Assembly: GCA_039545335.1 (NCBI GenBank)
Contig: BCIN01000002.1
Coordinates: 1,005,118 to 1,069,117, forward strand
Direction: 5' to 3'
Origin: Kondoa subrosea
Taxonomy: Eukaryota
Length of the DNA stretch: 64,000 nucleotides
Shown here: piece after piece, positions 61,549 to 64,000 of the stretch
How positions within the stretch are numbered: the stretch's first letter is position 1
Layout of the letters: the number at the start of each line of letters is the position of its first letter
Translations under genes and position numbers: made by a program
Notes under the pieces: model-generated
Seen by the model: only the letters and a program-made list of their open reading frames with translations
Databases searched by the model: none
Told to the model about the DNA's origin: nothing

Positions 61549-64000
61549 ATGACTTCAATACTGGATCCCTCAATTCAGCAGCAAGCGGGCTCTTCTCTGC
61601 CTTCAGCAGGCTCTGCAGCCCCCAAAGCTACCAAAGAGCAATTCCATCAGGCTATAGCTGTATGTGCCAATGCATCTTGCCATTTGAGTAAAGCCCTTAA
61701 CGATCAATGGCAGCGCGTCCAAGCTCTACAAAGACAGGGTGTCAGCGAATCCAATCCAGAAGTTGCAAACTTGGTTGGCCTCATCAAAGCTCAGGCGCAT
61801 CTACTCAAAGCTGCTCCTGATGGTAGGCGCAGAGTTAGTGCGGCGAACAGATCTGATGGAGCTTTCCAGGTAAAACGACCAATGGAACTGGAATTCACAC
61901 AAATGGCATAGCAAGCAAAGACGGAGCAGATAGCATACCGAACATCAATAACCCAATGCTGACAGAAGCTGAGAATGCCATTTTCAAAGCTCAGGTCTAT
62001 GCTTTTAGATTACTTTCGACCAATAAACCTATTCCTGCTCCTTTGGCTGAAGCTATTGTCGATGGTCAAGCAGCAATGAAGATGTCTAGGCAATCTCTCC
62101 AACCACAAGCTGAACATTCCAAAGAACCAATAGTGTACGATGATACACCAGAAGATACTTCATCCCTCGTTTATCCCTACAATGCTTTCGTTCCGCACTC
62201 AGCAGCCAATACTTCTGAATATTCCATCATACCTAGCTTACTACCAATCGGGCTGGACCCCTATACTCTGCAAGAAGAACGCAACAAGCTTGTTCAAGCT
62301 CGCATTTCCAACCGCATTCGTGAACTAGAAGAATTTCCTGCTACTCTGCCAGATGACAGTGAAAATGGTCCTTCTCTCAAACTGAAAGCTTTAGTAGAGC
62401 TCAAGTCTCTTAATCTCTTAGCCAAACAAAAACAAGTCCGAGAGGATCTATTGCGCTCTATGGGACAAGCAACTGCTCTTTCCCTCGTTTCAGATCGGAC
62501 AGCGTTCAAGACTATTCGAAATCCTACTCTCAAAGATGCTCGTACTGTTGAAAACATTGAAAGAAAACAGAAAGCTGATCGAGAACGTCAAGCCAAACAA
62601 AAGCATCTTGATCGATTATCTGCTGTCATGATCCATGGAAGCTGTCTTATTGATTGTCACAAGACTCAAAGAACAATGGCAGGTCGAATGGGAAGAAACG
62701 TTTTGCGCTTTCATTCTGAAGCGGAAAAGGCGGAGAAAGCTAGAGTGGAAAGAGTCAGCAAAGAACGTCTCAAAGCTTTACGTGCAGATGATGAAGAAGC
62801 CTATATCAAACTTATCGACACTGCCAAAGATACTCGTATCACTCATTTACTCCGTCAAACCGACACATTCTTGGAAGGTCTTAGCAAGAGTGTAAGGGCG
62901 CAGCAAAACGAAGGCGGAAGAGTGGTGGTTGACAAAAGTATGACTGAAGCTGGATCAGTTGATGAATCTGCTTTCGGAGCTGCACCGATGTTTGAGGAAA
63001 CGGAAGAAAAGAGCAAGAACGATTATTACAATGTTGCTCACCGAATCAAGGAAGTCGTCACAAAGCAGCCAGATATTATGGTAGGCGGTACGCTCAAGCC
63101 ATACCAGGTGAAGGGTTTGCAATGGATGATCAGTCTCGTGAACAACAAATTGAATGGTATTCTCGCCGACGAGATGGTCAGTAATCAGTCTCTATGTGTG
63201 ATTTGTGCTGATGCAGGGAGTAGGGTCTTGGAAAAACCATCCAAACCATCTCTCTCGTTACTTACCTAATCGAAACGAAACGCATCCGTGGTCCTTACCT
63301 GATTATCGTTCCTCTTTCTACCATTCCCAACTGGATTTCGGAATTTGCTCACTGGGCACCTTCAGTCAAGTTGATGTGTTACAAAGGACCTCCGGGCTTG
63401 CGAAAGACTTTGGCCGATCAACTCAAATTGGGCGATTTCCAAGTATGTCTTACTACCTACGAATTCATCGTCAAAGATCGACTTGTTCTTGCGAAACCCA
63501 AATGGGTGCACATGATCATTGATGAAGGTCATCGATTGAAAAACACCAACAGTAGGCTTTCGCAAACCCTTCAGCAATTCTACAACACTCGCTATCGCCT
63601 CATTCTGACCGGTACACCCCTACAAAACAATTTGCCCGAATTATGGGCATTGCTCAACTTCGTTCTTCCCAAAGTCTTCAACTCTGTGCAATCCTTTGAC
63701 GAATGGTTCAACACTCCCTTTGCCAACACAGGTGGGCAAGATAAGATTGCTCTGAACGAAGAGGAACAATTGCTCGTCATTCGCCGTTTGCACAAAGTTT
63801 TACGACCTTTCTTACTTCGTCGATTGAAGAAAGATGTGGAGGCCGATTTACCGGACAAAGTGGAACGAATCATCAAGTGTAAGATGTCTGCACTCCAGAT
63901 CAAGCTATACAAGCAGATGAAAGAACATGGAGTTTTGGTTGTGGAAGATCAATCTGGGAAAAGCAAACAAGGTGGTCTCAAAGGTCTACAGAATACAATC
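61549..64000 (+). CDS. Snf2/Sth1 (BRG1-like) chromatin remodelling ATPase, truncated by window end
   Basis: QLQ-like [20 protein letters not shown] region, [52 protein letters not shown]. Confidence 0.95.

Overview
Eukaryotic, gene-dense fungal DNA. The many ~50-60 nt GT/GC-AG introns with CTGAC/CTAAC-type branch sites point to a basidiomycete, possibly Pucciniomycotina (inference only). The ORF track fragments the genes, so I spliced the models by hand; boundaries are approximate where stated. About 30 genes: GST (FuA-like), beta-lactamase-family hydrolase, 3-ketoacyl-CoA reductase, CDC123, TOK1 K+ channel, 2OG-Fe(II) oxygenase, NFU1, UBE2W-type E2, FKS1, a pre-SET/SET/post-SET methyltransferase, Mto1/centrosomin-like, Rad57/XRCC3-like, ATG8, alpha/beta hydrolase, cytochrome b561, a second GST, RPS17/RPS22, carboxylesterase, ferric reductase, WAPL, dienelactone hydrolase, a Cff1-like cupin, an MFS transporter, the 5' part of a Snf2/Sth1 ATPase, and several orphans. 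Most notable: (1) two independent cases where a gene's 3' portion is duplicated 1-2 kb downstream, brackets an unrelated gene and sits between convergent 3' ends (FKS1 844 bp; carboxylesterase ~190 bp); (2) a 2-nt microexon completing the E2 catalytic Cys codon; (3) two orphan ubiquitin-like-domain proteins, one with an RIGG plus tail; (4) a stranded nitrate-transporter relic; (5) an 11-mer-repeat protein with an internal stop; (6) a variant FKS1 echinocandin hot spot 1. No tRNA, rRNA, CRISPR or transposase was found, and no complete novel system can be proven from sequence alone.
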